Source: a virus
Taxonomy: Duplodnaviria; Caudoviricetes
DNA: 37,537 nucleotides
Direction: 5' to 3' (one strand)
IMG/VR virus record: IMGVR_UViG_3300048576_000441
Location: 1-37,537 of that record
How positions within the stretch are numbered: position 1 is the stretch's first letter; the number at the start of each line of letters is the position of its first letter. Below are positions 17,710-25,625 of this stretch, one piece after another. The notes under the pieces are model-generated. The model saw only the letters and a program-made list of their open reading frames with translations. It searched no databases and had not been told where the DNA came from. The position numbers were made by a program, and so were the translations under genes.

Positions 17710-19313
17710 GCCGTGGCCTCGTCGGCCGGCACGGCCGGAATGAACCCGCGCCCCACGCTGCCCATGATCTGCTCGGCCTGCGCCAGGCTCACGGGGAAAG
17801 CCGCGCGCAACATCTGAATGCCGGACTCGCGCGGGAGCTGTCCGGAGGCGACCTGCGTCACGATCTCGACCATGGACGTCACCTGCGCGCCATTGAGCGA
17901 GATCTCCTGCGGCGTCGGCCCATCGCCGCCCGCCTCGCCGGGCTGCGTCCCGCCTTCGCCCAGCTCGGGCAATGTCGGCGCGGACGCCTCCGCATGGGCA
18001 CGATTGATATCCCCATCCGTGATGCCGCTCCACCGGCCCGTGATGCGGCTGGCGTCGCGCAGCTCGCCCAGGGCCTGGGCCAGGGTGATGATCCCGGCGC
18101 TGTGCAACCCGGCCACGGACTGCGCGTCTGCCGTGGCGATGGTCGACTTGTCCGTCTCCGAGGGCTGCCAAAGCGACCGGAACTCAAAACTCCAGCCCTC
18201 GGGCAGCGGCTTGCCCCAGCGGCTGCGGGCGATGATCGGCAGAAGCTTCTCGAAAACCGGCCGCAGGTCGTCGTCCTGCTGCGTAGCGATGGTGTCGTAG
18301 TATGTGCGCAAATCGGTATCGCCGGTGGAGAAGCCCTTTGGGCTTTGCCCCATCAAGCGCACCAGCGGAATGCCGGTGGCGCCGGCGATCTGCTCCGCGA
18401 AAGCCTGTATTCCATCATAGGCTCCGGCGAAGGTCCAGGAGTTGGTTTGGAACTCGTCTTCTGAGTCGAGAAGCGTGATGCCCTCGTTGGTTTGCATGAG
18501 CCTGATCATCGCGAACATTTTAAGTAGGGCCTGCTCGGGCGCACCGCCGGCGGCCAGGATCTCGCGCAGGCGTTTCACCCGGATGGTGCGCAGGTAACTG
18601 CGAAACATGAGATTGGCCGTGCCATGCGTGGCGCTGTCGAGCGCCAAAATACGGTCGTAGGCGCGCTCCACCACGGAGGCCCCCCACTGCAGCTCGGTGA
18701 TGCGCTGGTAGTACGGCAGCTCCACGCCGATCAAGCGGACGCAGCGACTGTGGTGCACGCGCAGACCGACCTCGTCGTTGCCGGTGTTAACGTCGTAGCT
18801 CACCGGATAGCCGAGCATGGGCCCCAACTCGTCAATCGTTTCGGACGACGGCACCACCTGCCAGCGGTCGAGCACATGCAAACCGCGGAAGCTGTCCCGG
18901 CGCACGTCCTCCACGTCAAGCGGCTGCGACACGTCGTCGCCCTGGATGAGGATGACGGCCAGCGCGCCGCCGTACAGCCTGGCCCACTTCACCGCGTCGC
19001 ACAGCCGGCCGTAGACGCCCATCCGGCGGATATAGCGGTGCAGCTCATCGATGTCGCCGGGCGGCAGCTGCGCCTGGATGTCGATGCCGCCGCGCAGCAT
19101 GTCCTCGGCCACCACGTCCACCATGCGGCCCACGACCCAGGAGTCGCGGTAGGCGGCCTCCAGCAGCGAGCGTTGCCGAGTGATCTGGCTGCCGATCGTG
19201 TAGCTGCCCTTGGCGAGTTGGTTGTTCTGGCCCAGGCCGAGTCCGGCCAGGAAGTTCTCGAAGCCGTCTGTCATCCGCGCGTCAGTGGTGCGGTGATTTC
19301 TGCGTCTACCCAT
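17706..19313 (-). CDS. Portal protein (DUF1073-like)
   Basis: Follows TerL. Motifs YRDSWVVGRMVDVVAEDM, WARLYGG, GIPLVRLMGQSPKGFSTG and YYDTI. Confidence 0.88.
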   Translation of the reverse strand: MGRRRNHRTTDARMTDGFENFLAGLGLGQNNQLAKGSYTIGSQITRQRSLLEAAYRDSWVVGRMVDVVAEDMLRGGIDIQAQLPPGDIDELHRYIRRMGVYGRLCDAVKWARLYGGALAVILIQGDDVSQPLDVEDVRRDSFRGLHVLDRWQVVPSSETIDELGPMLGYPVSYDVNTGNDEVGLRVHHSRCVRLIGVELPYYQRITELQWGASVVERAYDRILALDSATHGTANLMFRSYLRTIRVKRLREILAAGGAPEQALLKMFAMIRLMQTNEGITLLDSEDEFQTNSWTFAGAYDGIQAFAEQIAGATGIPLVRLMGQSPKGFSTGDTDLRTYYDTIATQQDDDLRPVFEKLLPIIARSRWGKPLPEGWSFEFRSLWQPSETDKSTIATADAQSVAGLHSAGIITLAQALGELRDASRITGRWSGITDGDINRAHAEASAPTLPELGEGGTQPGEAGGDGPTPQEISLNGAQVTSMVEIVTQVASGQLPRESGIQMLRAAFPVSLAQAEQIMGSVGRGFIPAVPADEATA

Positions 19314-20763
19314 TGGCCAGAGCCTCCCAAATGCTCAGGCCGTGCGCCTTCAGATAGCGCAGGCCCTGTGTCATGGCGTCGACCTGATCGTCGTGGCCGC
19401 TCGCGGGGAAGCTCAGCAGCTCCTCCACGAAGTCACGGGCCCAGGTGCATTCCTCTTCGTCGGGGATGAACACGTTGCCCGCGGCCCAGAGCGCCGTCAC
19501 GGCGTGCGCGCGCGAGACCTTGGAGCCGTCGGGCAGTATCGGCGTGAGGCCCGGCACGTCCTCGCGCAGGGCGTCCAGTACGGCCGGACCGTTGGCCTTG
19601 TCCTCGATGAGCACGGCCGTGGCCGCCGGAAACATGTTGGTCAGCAGCTGCACGGAATCCTTGGACGCAGTGAAGCCCATGCGCGCGCGCACCTGGTGCA
19701 ACAGGTAGTAGCGCACGCCGGCGCGGCCCCAGATCTGCCCGACCACGAAATCCGTGCCGTCGGTGCCCTTGAAGGTCATGTCCCAGCTCTGGATGATCTC
19801 GTTGAAGAACTCGGGCAGGGTGGAGCGCCGCCAGCGCTTGATCCAGGCGGCCTGAAAAATGTTGCCGCCCTCCTGCACCGGGGACTGCTGGTACAGGGCG
19901 CTCCATTTGGCCGGGTTCATGGCCGCGCGGATCTCCAGGAGCTGCTCCAGCGGGTGCAGCTCCGGGACGAGGGCCAGGCCGTTTTCGTCGATGGCCTTGA
20001 ACTTCAGGACGCGGGCGCGCGAGTTGGTCTTGGCGATGGTCCCGGCCAGGTCGTCCACGGCCCAGGACGTGGCCATGATAATCTGCCCGGACTTCTTGGA
20101 CAGGCGGGTGAGGAAGACCGTCTCGTACCAGTTGAGGATGGCCGCCTTGACCGTGGCCGAGCGCGCCTCCTCCTCGTTTTTAATGGGGTCGTCGATGAGC
20201 CCCACGTCCAGGCTCTTGCCCGTGAGCGGGCCGCCCACGCCGGCGCAGACGTAGTAGCCGCGATGGTGGAGGATGTCGAAGCGGTCGCTGTTGCGCAGCG
20301 CCTGCCCCTCCATGGTGACGACCCGCTTCGGGTTCAAAGCCGAATCCGGGTAGGCGGCGCGGTACTGCTCGTCCATCATGATGCGTTGGACATCGCGGTT
20401 CATTTGCTGGGCCAGGTCCGCGCCGTAGCTGCATGCGCCGATGCGCAGCTCGGGATGGCGGCCGAAGAGATAGGGCGGGAAACGGCGCGACACCAGTTCG
20501 GACTTGCCGTGCTGCGGCGGGGCCTGGAGGATGAGCACCGGCCGCTTGCCGGCGATGACGTCGGCCAGGAACTGATCCAGCTCACGGCAGACTTCAAGGG
20601 AAAATGGGTTGTGGCAATAGTCCGGCTTGGTGAACGAGACGAAGGCCGCCATGCTCCGCCGGGCGCGTTCGGCCTGCAGGACGCGCAGCTCCTTTTCGGC
20701 AAGCAGGCTGTCCAGTTCGGTGCGGGCGGCCGGCGGGTCGGCTTTGGCGGCCTTGCGGGACAT
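19306..20763 (-). CDS. terL: Terminase large subunit
   Basis: Walker A PPQHGKS, Walker B LIDDP, nuclease acidic motifs SWD, IEDKANG and HDDQVDA. Confidence 0.93.
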   Translation of the reverse strand: MSRKAAKADPPAARTELDSLLAEKELRVLQAERARRSMAAFVSFTKPDYCHNPFSLEVCRELDQFLADVIAGKRPVLILQAPPQHGKSELVSRRFPPYLFGRHPELRIGACSYGADLAQQMNRDVQRIMMDEQYRAAYPDSALNPKRVVTMEGQALRNSDRFDILHHRGYYVCAGVGGPLTGKSLDVGLIDDPIKNEEEARSATVKAAILNWYETVFLTRLSKKSGQIIMATSWAVDDLAGTIAKTNSRARVLKFKAIDENGLALVPELHPLEQLLEIRAAMNPAKWSALYQQSPVQEGGNIFQAAWIKRWRRSTLPEFFNEIIQSWDMTFKGTDGTDFVVGQIWGRAGVRYYLLHQVRARMGFTASKDSVQLLTNMFPAATAVLIEDKANGPAVLDALREDVPGLTPILPDGSKVSRAHAVTALWAAGNVFIPDEEECTWARDFVEELLSFPASGHDDQVDAMTQGLRYLKAHGLSIWEALANG

Positions 20764-20765
20764 GA

Positions 20766-21308
20766 TTAAGCCTCGACCGCCAGCGCGGCGATGCGTGCCT
20801 CAAGCTCCTCGTCGCTCAAGGCCTTCAAGTCCTGCGCGCTGCCCAGGCTTTCGATCTTGGCGTTCATCTCCTCACGCAGCTCGCGCCTGGCCGCCTCGCG
20901 CGCCTCGGCCGCAAACCGCTTCTGCGTCACGGCCGCGCGCGCAAGGTCCGCGATGGATTTGGTGATCTTGTCGAGGTGTAAAGTCTCGACTTTCACGTCG
21001 AGATCCACGAGCACGCCGAACAACTTTTCCTGCACCAGCCGCATGAGCGCCTCGTTGGTCGCCCCCTCGCGGTCCGGCGAGGCCTCCACCACGGCTCTGG
21101 CCTGCTCCGTGGCCAGCTTGAGCGAGGCTAGGCGCGTCTCGAACGCCGCCCCATATCGCTGGATGGAGGACTTGGAGATGTTATAGCCGCGCGCGCGCAG
21201 CTCCTCCTCAAGCAGCCGGTAGCGCTGGAAGCCGCCTTCGGCCAGAGCCTTGTCGAGCCACGCCTTGACGTCGCGCGGCAGCGACTGCACCGCGGATCTC
21301 TTGGTCAT
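20766..21308 (-). CDS. Mu gp27-like (DUF3486) small terminase
   Basis: Motif KRSAVQSLP...WL...ISKSSIQRYG. Located between a gp26-like gene and TerL. Confidence 0.8.
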   Translation of the reverse strand: MTKRSAVQSLPRDVKAWLDKALAEGGFQRYRLLEEELRARGYNISKSSIQRYGAAFETRLASLKLATEQARAVVEASPDREGATNEALMRLVQEKLFGVLVDLDVKVETLHLDKITKSIADLARAAVTQKRFAAEAREAARRELREEMNAKIESLGSAQDLKALSDEELEARIAALAVEA

Positions 21309-21310
21309 GG

Positions 21311-21622
21311 CTAGCTCCAGTACTTGGCCGGCCGGGCGATGCCGGGTTCACACTCCACCGTGTATTCAGCCAGGTCGACGCCGTGGCGGTTAAGCTCGCC
21401 GAACCACCGCCCGTCGGGCTGCTTCTGCAGGGCGACCAGCTCGCGATCGGCGAGGTAGTCCAGCTCGCGGCGCACCTCCAGCTGGGTGGCGTCCGGATAG
21501 ACCCCCTGCACCGTGGCCAGGATCACCTCCTCGTAACAGCCCACGGGGCGTGCGTTCTGCAGCGTGAGGATGAGGATCCACCGCATGTGCTCGCGCCGCA
21601 CTTTCGCCGGGTCAACTGACAT
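21311..21622 (-). CDS. Mu gp26-like winged-helix protein
   Basis: ATG 21622. Sequence RREHMRWILILTL...VRRELDYLADRELV...PGIARP. Confidence 0.75.
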   Translation of the reverse strand: MSVDPAKVRREHMRWILILTLQNARPVGCYEEVILATVQGVYPDATQLEVRRELDYLADRELVALQKQPDGRWFGELNRHGVDLAEYTVECEPGIARPAKYWS

Positions 21623-21959
21623 TGCGCGCCTCCTTGATGTTCTCGAGCTTGCTGGCCAGGCCGTCCAGTTTGGCCTCGATGACGGTCTGGTTGCGGATCC
21701 AGTCCTCGCGGCGGACATAGTCCAAAGGCAACTGCGCCCGCAGGCGCAGGAGTTCCTTTTCAGCTTCATTGACGCGGGCCGCCACCGCCTCCGCTGCGGC
21801 CTTGGCCTGATCCGCGGCTTCCTTGGCCGCCTTGATCTCGCGGCTCTGCATCCAGCTCACGAGCTTCCAGACGCCGACGACGAACCCAAGGAACGCCAAG
21901 ACAATCGTGACGATGGGCCCGACCAGGGGCAGCAGGGGAAACGCTGTCTCCGGCGTCAT
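21612..21959 (-). CDS. Mu gp25-like membrane-anchored coiled-coil protein
   Basis: ATG 21959. N-terminal TM helix, coiled coil and LPLDYVRREDW motif; between the spanin and gp26-like genes. Confidence 0.7.
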   Translation of the reverse strand: MTPETAFPLLPLVGPIVTIVLAFLGFVVGVWKLVSWMQSREIKAAKEAADQAKAAAEAVAARVNEAEKELLRLRAQLPLDYVRREDWIRNQTVIEAKLDGLASKLENIKEARNVS

Positions 21960-22552
21960 TGCGAAAGCTCCTTCGCCAGGTCCTGTAGCTTGTCGCGCTG
22001 GACCACGACGCCCTCGCACCACTTCACGTAGTCCACGTGGTTGGCGATGGCGTCGGCTACGGTTGCGTTTTGCTGTAACCCGGCGTCAGCAGCGGCGGCG
22101 GCGGCTGCCTGTCCATCAACTCGGCCGGCGGCGCCGGATGCGGGCACACCGGGGGCGGACACGCGCCGGGCCTCGTTCCACAGCTGCACAGCGTCAGCAG
22201 GCAGCACACAAGCAGCAGGTATCTCACGGGTGACATAGACAATCCTCCCGCGCAGGCTCGCGCGCTGCGCTTCGATGTCGCGCTTGGCGGTGATGAGGTC
22301 GGCGGCCAGGGCATTGGCGTAAACCTGCTGGGCCGCCTGCTTGGTCATGGCCTCGCGCGTGGCGTCGGCCAGGTTGCGCTGATACTCGGCCATCAGCTCG
22401 TTGCGCGCGCTGGCGCTGCCATGCGACCAGCCCCACCAGCCCCCGCCGAGAGTGCCGGCAAGGGCCAGCACGAGCAGCAGCCAGGTGAGCACGGATCCGC
22501 CGGTGAGCCAGGACCAGGCCGTGCCGCCAAAGGATTTGATGAGAGCCCACAT
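21956..22552 (-). CDS. Inner-membrane spanin (Rz-like)
   Basis: N-terminal TM helix and periplasmic coiled coil; lies downstream of the endolysin and contains an embedded lipoprotein gene. Confidence 0.8.
   Translation of the reverse strand: MWALIKSFGGTAWSWLTGGSVLTWLLLVLALAGTLGGGWWGWSHGSASARNELMAEYQRNLADATREAMTKQAAQQVYANALAADLITAKRDIEAQRASLRGRIVYVTREIPAACVLPADAVQLWNEARRVSAPGVPASGAAGRVDGQAAAAAAADAGLQQNATVADAIANHVDYVKWCEGVVVQRDKLQDLAKELSQ
22057..22236 (-). CDS. Outer-membrane spanin lipoprotein (Rz1-like), fully embedded in Rz
   Basis: GGAGG RBS 7 nt before ATG 22236. MSPVRYLLLVCCLLTLCSC signal/lipobox, then a Pro-rich mature part; 59 aa. Confidence 0.82.
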   Translation of the reverse strand: MSPVRYLLLVCCLLTLCSCGTRPGACPPPVCPHPAPPAELMDRQPPPPLLTPGYSKTQP

Positions 22553-22776
22553 CAGCGCACCTCCGGGGGAAGGGCTTCGAGGTAGTACTTGATGCCGAAC
22601 CGGAGGATGTACTCCACGACATGGTCGCCATAGAGTCCGCCCAAGCCGGTTTTGAGCACGGACTTGACGGTCTCCGCCGGATCGGCCTCATCCATGAGTG
22701 GGTAGGACTTGGTCAGGCGCAGACGGCGCAGCTTCTTGGCCGCGGAGGCAAGGGCATCCTTGTTGATTTGGCTCAC
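22552..22776 (-). CDS. Hypothetical 74-aa protein between endolysin and spanin
   Basis: GTG 22776 overlaps the endolysin TGA; GGAGG RBS; TGATG coupling to Rz. Confidence 0.6.
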   Translation of the reverse strand: MSQINKDALASAAKKLRRLRLTKSYPLMDEADPAETVKSVLKTGLGGLYGDHVVEYILRFGIKYYLEALPPEVR

Positions 22777-23432
22777 CGCGTCCCCTCCATGTTCACGTCC
22801 GGGCCCCAACCGGTGTACAGGCGTTGGTGCCGCTTCATGATCGCCTCCGGGTAGCCCCGGTTCTCACGCCAGAAGGCTATGCCCCGTCCGGCATTGACCG
22901 TCTCCACCTGGCCCCACCAGCGCTCCGGATCGAGTCCCCGGCGCTTGGCCAGGGCGCGATCCTTGATGGTCCAGCCCGCGCCGCCGTTGTAGCCGCTGAG
23001 CGCGAAGGCCCAGCGGTCGGCCTCGCTGGCCGCCTGCGAAAACATCCCATACAGCTGGCGGTCATACAGGCAGAGCGCGAGCAGCGCCCAGCGGGGGTCA
23101 AGTGGATTTGCCGTGCGCAGGAGGCCCGGATACTGCCGCGCCATGGTCTGCGCGGTGGCCGGCGTGAACTGCGCCAGGCCGCTCGCATAGGCCGAGCGGG
23201 CGCGGGGATCCCAGCGGCTCTCCTGGTGCACCTGCGCCGCCAGGAGCGCGATGGGGGAGTTCAGGCCGAAGGCGTAGTTGGCCGAGCGGACGAGGTCGTT
23301 GCGGTAGACCTCGGCCGCCGCCGGCGGCCCATCGGCGCGGGCGGGCGTGCTTCCGAGCAGCGCCCCGCACAAGACCAGCCACACCAGCCACGACGCCAGG
23401 GTGATGATCGCGAGCAGGCGGCGAGTATCCAC
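22773..23432 (-). CDS. Endolysin, SLT lytic transglycosylase with N-terminal signal/SAR segment
   Basis: GTG 23432 with AGGAGG RBS. Catalytic motif HQES plus GLAQF and YNGG; hydrophobic N-terminus ending ARA-D. Confidence 0.88.
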   Translation of the reverse strand: MDTRRLLAIITLASWLVWLVLCGALLGSTPARADGPPAAAEVYRNDLVRSANYAFGLNSPIALLAAQVHQESRWDPRARSAYASGLAQFTPATAQTMARQYPGLLRTANPLDPRWALLALCLYDRQLYGMFSQAASEADRWAFALSGYNGGAGWTIKDRALAKRRGLDPERWWGQVETVNAGRGIAFWRENRGYPEAIMKRHQRLYTGWGPDVNMEGTR

Positions 23433-23440
23433 GCCCCCTC

Positions 23441-23830
23441 CTACATCGTCAGGCCGACGATGGCTGCGGCGACGAGCGACCCGCCGCCCTGGAGGATGAC
23501 GCCGATGTAGTAGCGCACCTCGCACCCGGCCCTGATGGCCCGGTAGCCGTTAGCGTCAGGCGGCTCCAGCATAAGGCTGGGCCGGTTGTGGGCCAGCAGT
23601 TCGCGCGAGAGGTAGTACCAGGCCAAGGCCGCAGCGCCCATGCTCAGCAGCTTGTAGCCGAGCAAGTCGACGCGCCACGGGGCGCGGGCCAGGATGTAGC
23701 CGCCGAGGAAATACAGGGCCACGTTGGTCCAGGTCATGCGCGGCGTGCGCGCCTGCACCCAGGCCGCCACCACGGCGAGGGGGGCGAAGCGAGTGCAAAG
23801 CCAGCGGAGCAGAGCGACGATGCGGGACAT
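23441..23830 (-). CDS. Putative holin (Mu-like prophage type)
   Basis: First gene of the lysis operon, with several TM segments and a PR...YKL.......Y...R.....RP pattern; AGGAGG RBS at 23835-23840. Confidence 0.72.
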   Translation of the reverse strand: MSRIVALLRWLCTRFAPLAVVAAWVQARTPRMTWTNVALYFLGGYILARAPWRVDLLGYKLLSMGAAALAWYYLSRELLAHNRPSLMLEPPDANGYRAIRAGCEVRYYIGVILQGGGSLVAAAIVGLTM

Positions 23831-23918
23831 GATGCCTCCTGCCGCCCCCTCTTACCCGACGGTCCACCGGGACAACCCCGATGGACCGCCGGGCCCGAAG
23901 GAGAGACGGTATGGCGCG

Positions 23919-23965
23919 ACCCTATGGCCGGCGGCAGGTTGCGTCTTTTAGCGCGCGCTAAAATC
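23919..23965 (-). promoter_or_regulatory. Putative Mor/C-activated late promoter for the lysis and packaging operon (analogous to Mu Plys)
   Basis: Minus strand reads TTTTAGCGCGCGCTAAAAGAC-18 nt-TAGGGT. Perfect dyad TTTTAGCGCGCGCTAAAA and no -35 consensus. Confidence 0.72.
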
Positions 23966-23993
23966 GCGCAGGAGGATGATTGGATAGAACGGC

Positions 23994-24019
23994 ACGGGCC
24001 GCCCAGGAGGGCGGCCCGT
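23994..24019 (-). terminator. Hairpin ending the repressor/PLD transcript upstream of the lysis promoter
   Basis: ACGGGCCGCCC-AGGA-GGGCGGCCCGT, a perfect 11-bp stem 27 nt after the PLD stop; poor U-tract. Confidence 0.55.
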
Positions 24020-24046
24020 TACGCCTTGCAACGCGGAAATACCGTA

Positions 24047-24568
24047 CTACCAGGGCTCGGCATGAGCCCGATGCCGCTCCCAGTCTTCGCTGTAAAGGCG
24101 GGCCAGGTCGGGCGAATCAATAATCACCAAGTTCTCGGCGTTACTGTTCTCGGCGGCGGCGGTGAAATTGAAGCTCCCCGTTGACACAGTCCGGCCATCA
24201 AAAACCATGATCTTGTTGTGCGCGATGGCGTGGCGTGCGTCGATGTAGACCGTGCCGCCGCAGCTCGCCAGCGTCTGCCCCTGGCCTCCACGTGCTGCCC
24301 GCTGCGAGCGGTCCAGGACTGCCTCGACATGCACGCCGCGCGCCACGGCCCGGCATAGTGCTTCAACCACGGGGCGGGATGTGAAGCTGTAGGCCAGGAC
24401 GGCTATATCTCGACGGGCTGCGTCAATGCGTCGCACCAGAGATTCCGTCGCCCCGCCATGCGGCGAAAAGTAGACCTCCACCGGCGCGTCATGCAGAATG
24501 AGGTCCGCAGATAACGCTTGGCACGGCAGGCATAGGACCAGAAGAATAAAAAAACAATGCGCTCGCAT
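24047..24568 (-). CDS. Secreted phospholipase D-family (Nuc-like) endonuclease
   Basis: Single HKD motif HNKIMVFD followed by GSFNFT and NAENL; signal peptide MRAHCFFILLVLCLPCQALSA. Confidence 0.88.
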   Translation of the reverse strand: MRAHCFFILLVLCLPCQALSADLILHDAPVEVYFSPHGGATESLVRRIDAARRDIAVLAYSFTSRPVVEALCRAVARGVHVEAVLDRSQRAARGGQGQTLASCGGTVYIDARHAIAHNKIMVFDGRTVSTGSFNFTAAAENSNAENLVIIDSPDLARLYSEDWERHRAHAEPW

Positions 24569-25243
24569 CTACTTCTCGTCCGGCACAATGATGCACTGGT
24601 CAAGCTGTGGGAATGTCAAACTGGCCCCCGCGCCGAGGCACATAACCCCGACCTCCCGTCCGGGCTGCAGATCCCCGGCGATTTCCTCCACCGAGGCGGC
24701 TGAAAAGCTCTCGCGCTTAAGACTGCGAGGTTGGACCTCAAAAAGGTGCGCCTGCACCTGGGCGATGCCGTAACCGTCGGCGGCAAGCGTCAAGTAGGGC
24801 TTGTCGGTGATGCCCTTGGCCACCGAGGCCAGCTTGCCACTGACGCCGACCCACTTGCCTTTGTACTTGGCGTCTGCGCGCACCTCATTGGTTTTGTACT
24901 CCCGGTAGAGCTGCACGGCCGTGCACTCGGCGTCCAGGCCGTTGGCCTTGGCTTCCTTCCACTGCCGCTCTAGGCGAACGCGAAGCTTTTCCTTCTGGCT
25001 TGCAGCCTGTCGATCTGCTTTGTCCTGGGCGACCTGCGCCTCCGTCTTGCCCGGCTGATTGCCGCCGCGGGAGCCAAGCGCGCCGAGGACGACAAGCACG
25101 GCCACGGCGATGAGCACCCACTGCACCTTGGTCAACTTCTTTTTCGGCGGCTTGGCGTCCGGCATGGGCTTGCCGCACTTGGGACAGGACGGCGCGGCGT
25201 CTGACACTTGGGATTTACAGTCTGGGCACTCACGCAAAGCCAT
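24569..25243 (-). CDS. Zinc-ribbon + TM + OB-fold (tRNA_anti-like) membrane protein
   Basis: ATG 25243 with AAGGAGG RBS. CPDC...CPKC ribbon, one TM helix, and LYREYKTNEVRADAKYKGKWVGVSG. Confidence 0.75.
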   Translation of the reverse strand: MALRECPDCKSQVSDAAPSCPKCGKPMPDAKPPKKKLTKVQWVLIAVAVLVVLGALGSRGGNQPGKTEAQVAQDKADRQAASQKEKLRVRLERQWKEAKANGLDAECTAVQLYREYKTNEVRADAKYKGKWVGVSGKLASVAKGITDKPYLTLAADGYGIAQVQAHLFEVQPRSLKRESFSAASVEEIAGDLQPGREVGVMCLGAGASLTFPQLDQCIIVPDEK

Positions 25244-25295
25244 ACGTCCTCCTTGTGTCTTCGCGCCTCGCGGCACAACCAGTTGACCTAACAGC

Positions 25296-25625
25296 TCACT
25301 TCTTATTCACACCCGACTGCGCGAGCAAATCAGCTACATCCAGCACAGAGTTTTGAGCCCTTTGTGGGCATCTTCTAAACCGATCGAGCAGTATCTCCTC
25401 ACGCGCCGTTAGCTTCGAGGGGACGGCCCGAACGCCTGTCAGAATATAGGTGACGTCAGCGCCAGCGGCGGCAAACAGGGCCAACACGTCACTCCCCATA
25501 GCGGCTTTGTCATTCTCATACCGACCCCACATGGCGCGCGTTATACCGCAAAGGTCGGCAGCGGCGGCCTGCGTCAAGCCGAGTCGTTCACGCTCGGAAA
25601 TCAGGCGCGCAGAAATTTCGTACAA
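25296..25625 (-). CDS. Prophage repressor (XRE/CI-like HTH)
   Basis: Sequence RLISERERLGLTQ...RYEN...GADVTYILTG. TTG start with GGTGA RBS; divergent from the Ner-like gene. Confidence 0.88.
   Translation of the reverse strand: MYEISARLISERERLGLTQAAAADLCGITRAMWGRYENDKAAMGSDVLALFAAAGADVTYILTGVRAVPSKLTAREEILLDRFRRCPQRAQNSVLDVADLLAQSGVNKK

Noticed and set aside
17706-19313. Portal as an anti-CBASS Acb1 protein (a label sometimes attached to DUF1073 proteins)
   Set aside because: I see no appended phosphoesterase domain with paired HxT motifs; position and motifs indicate a portal.
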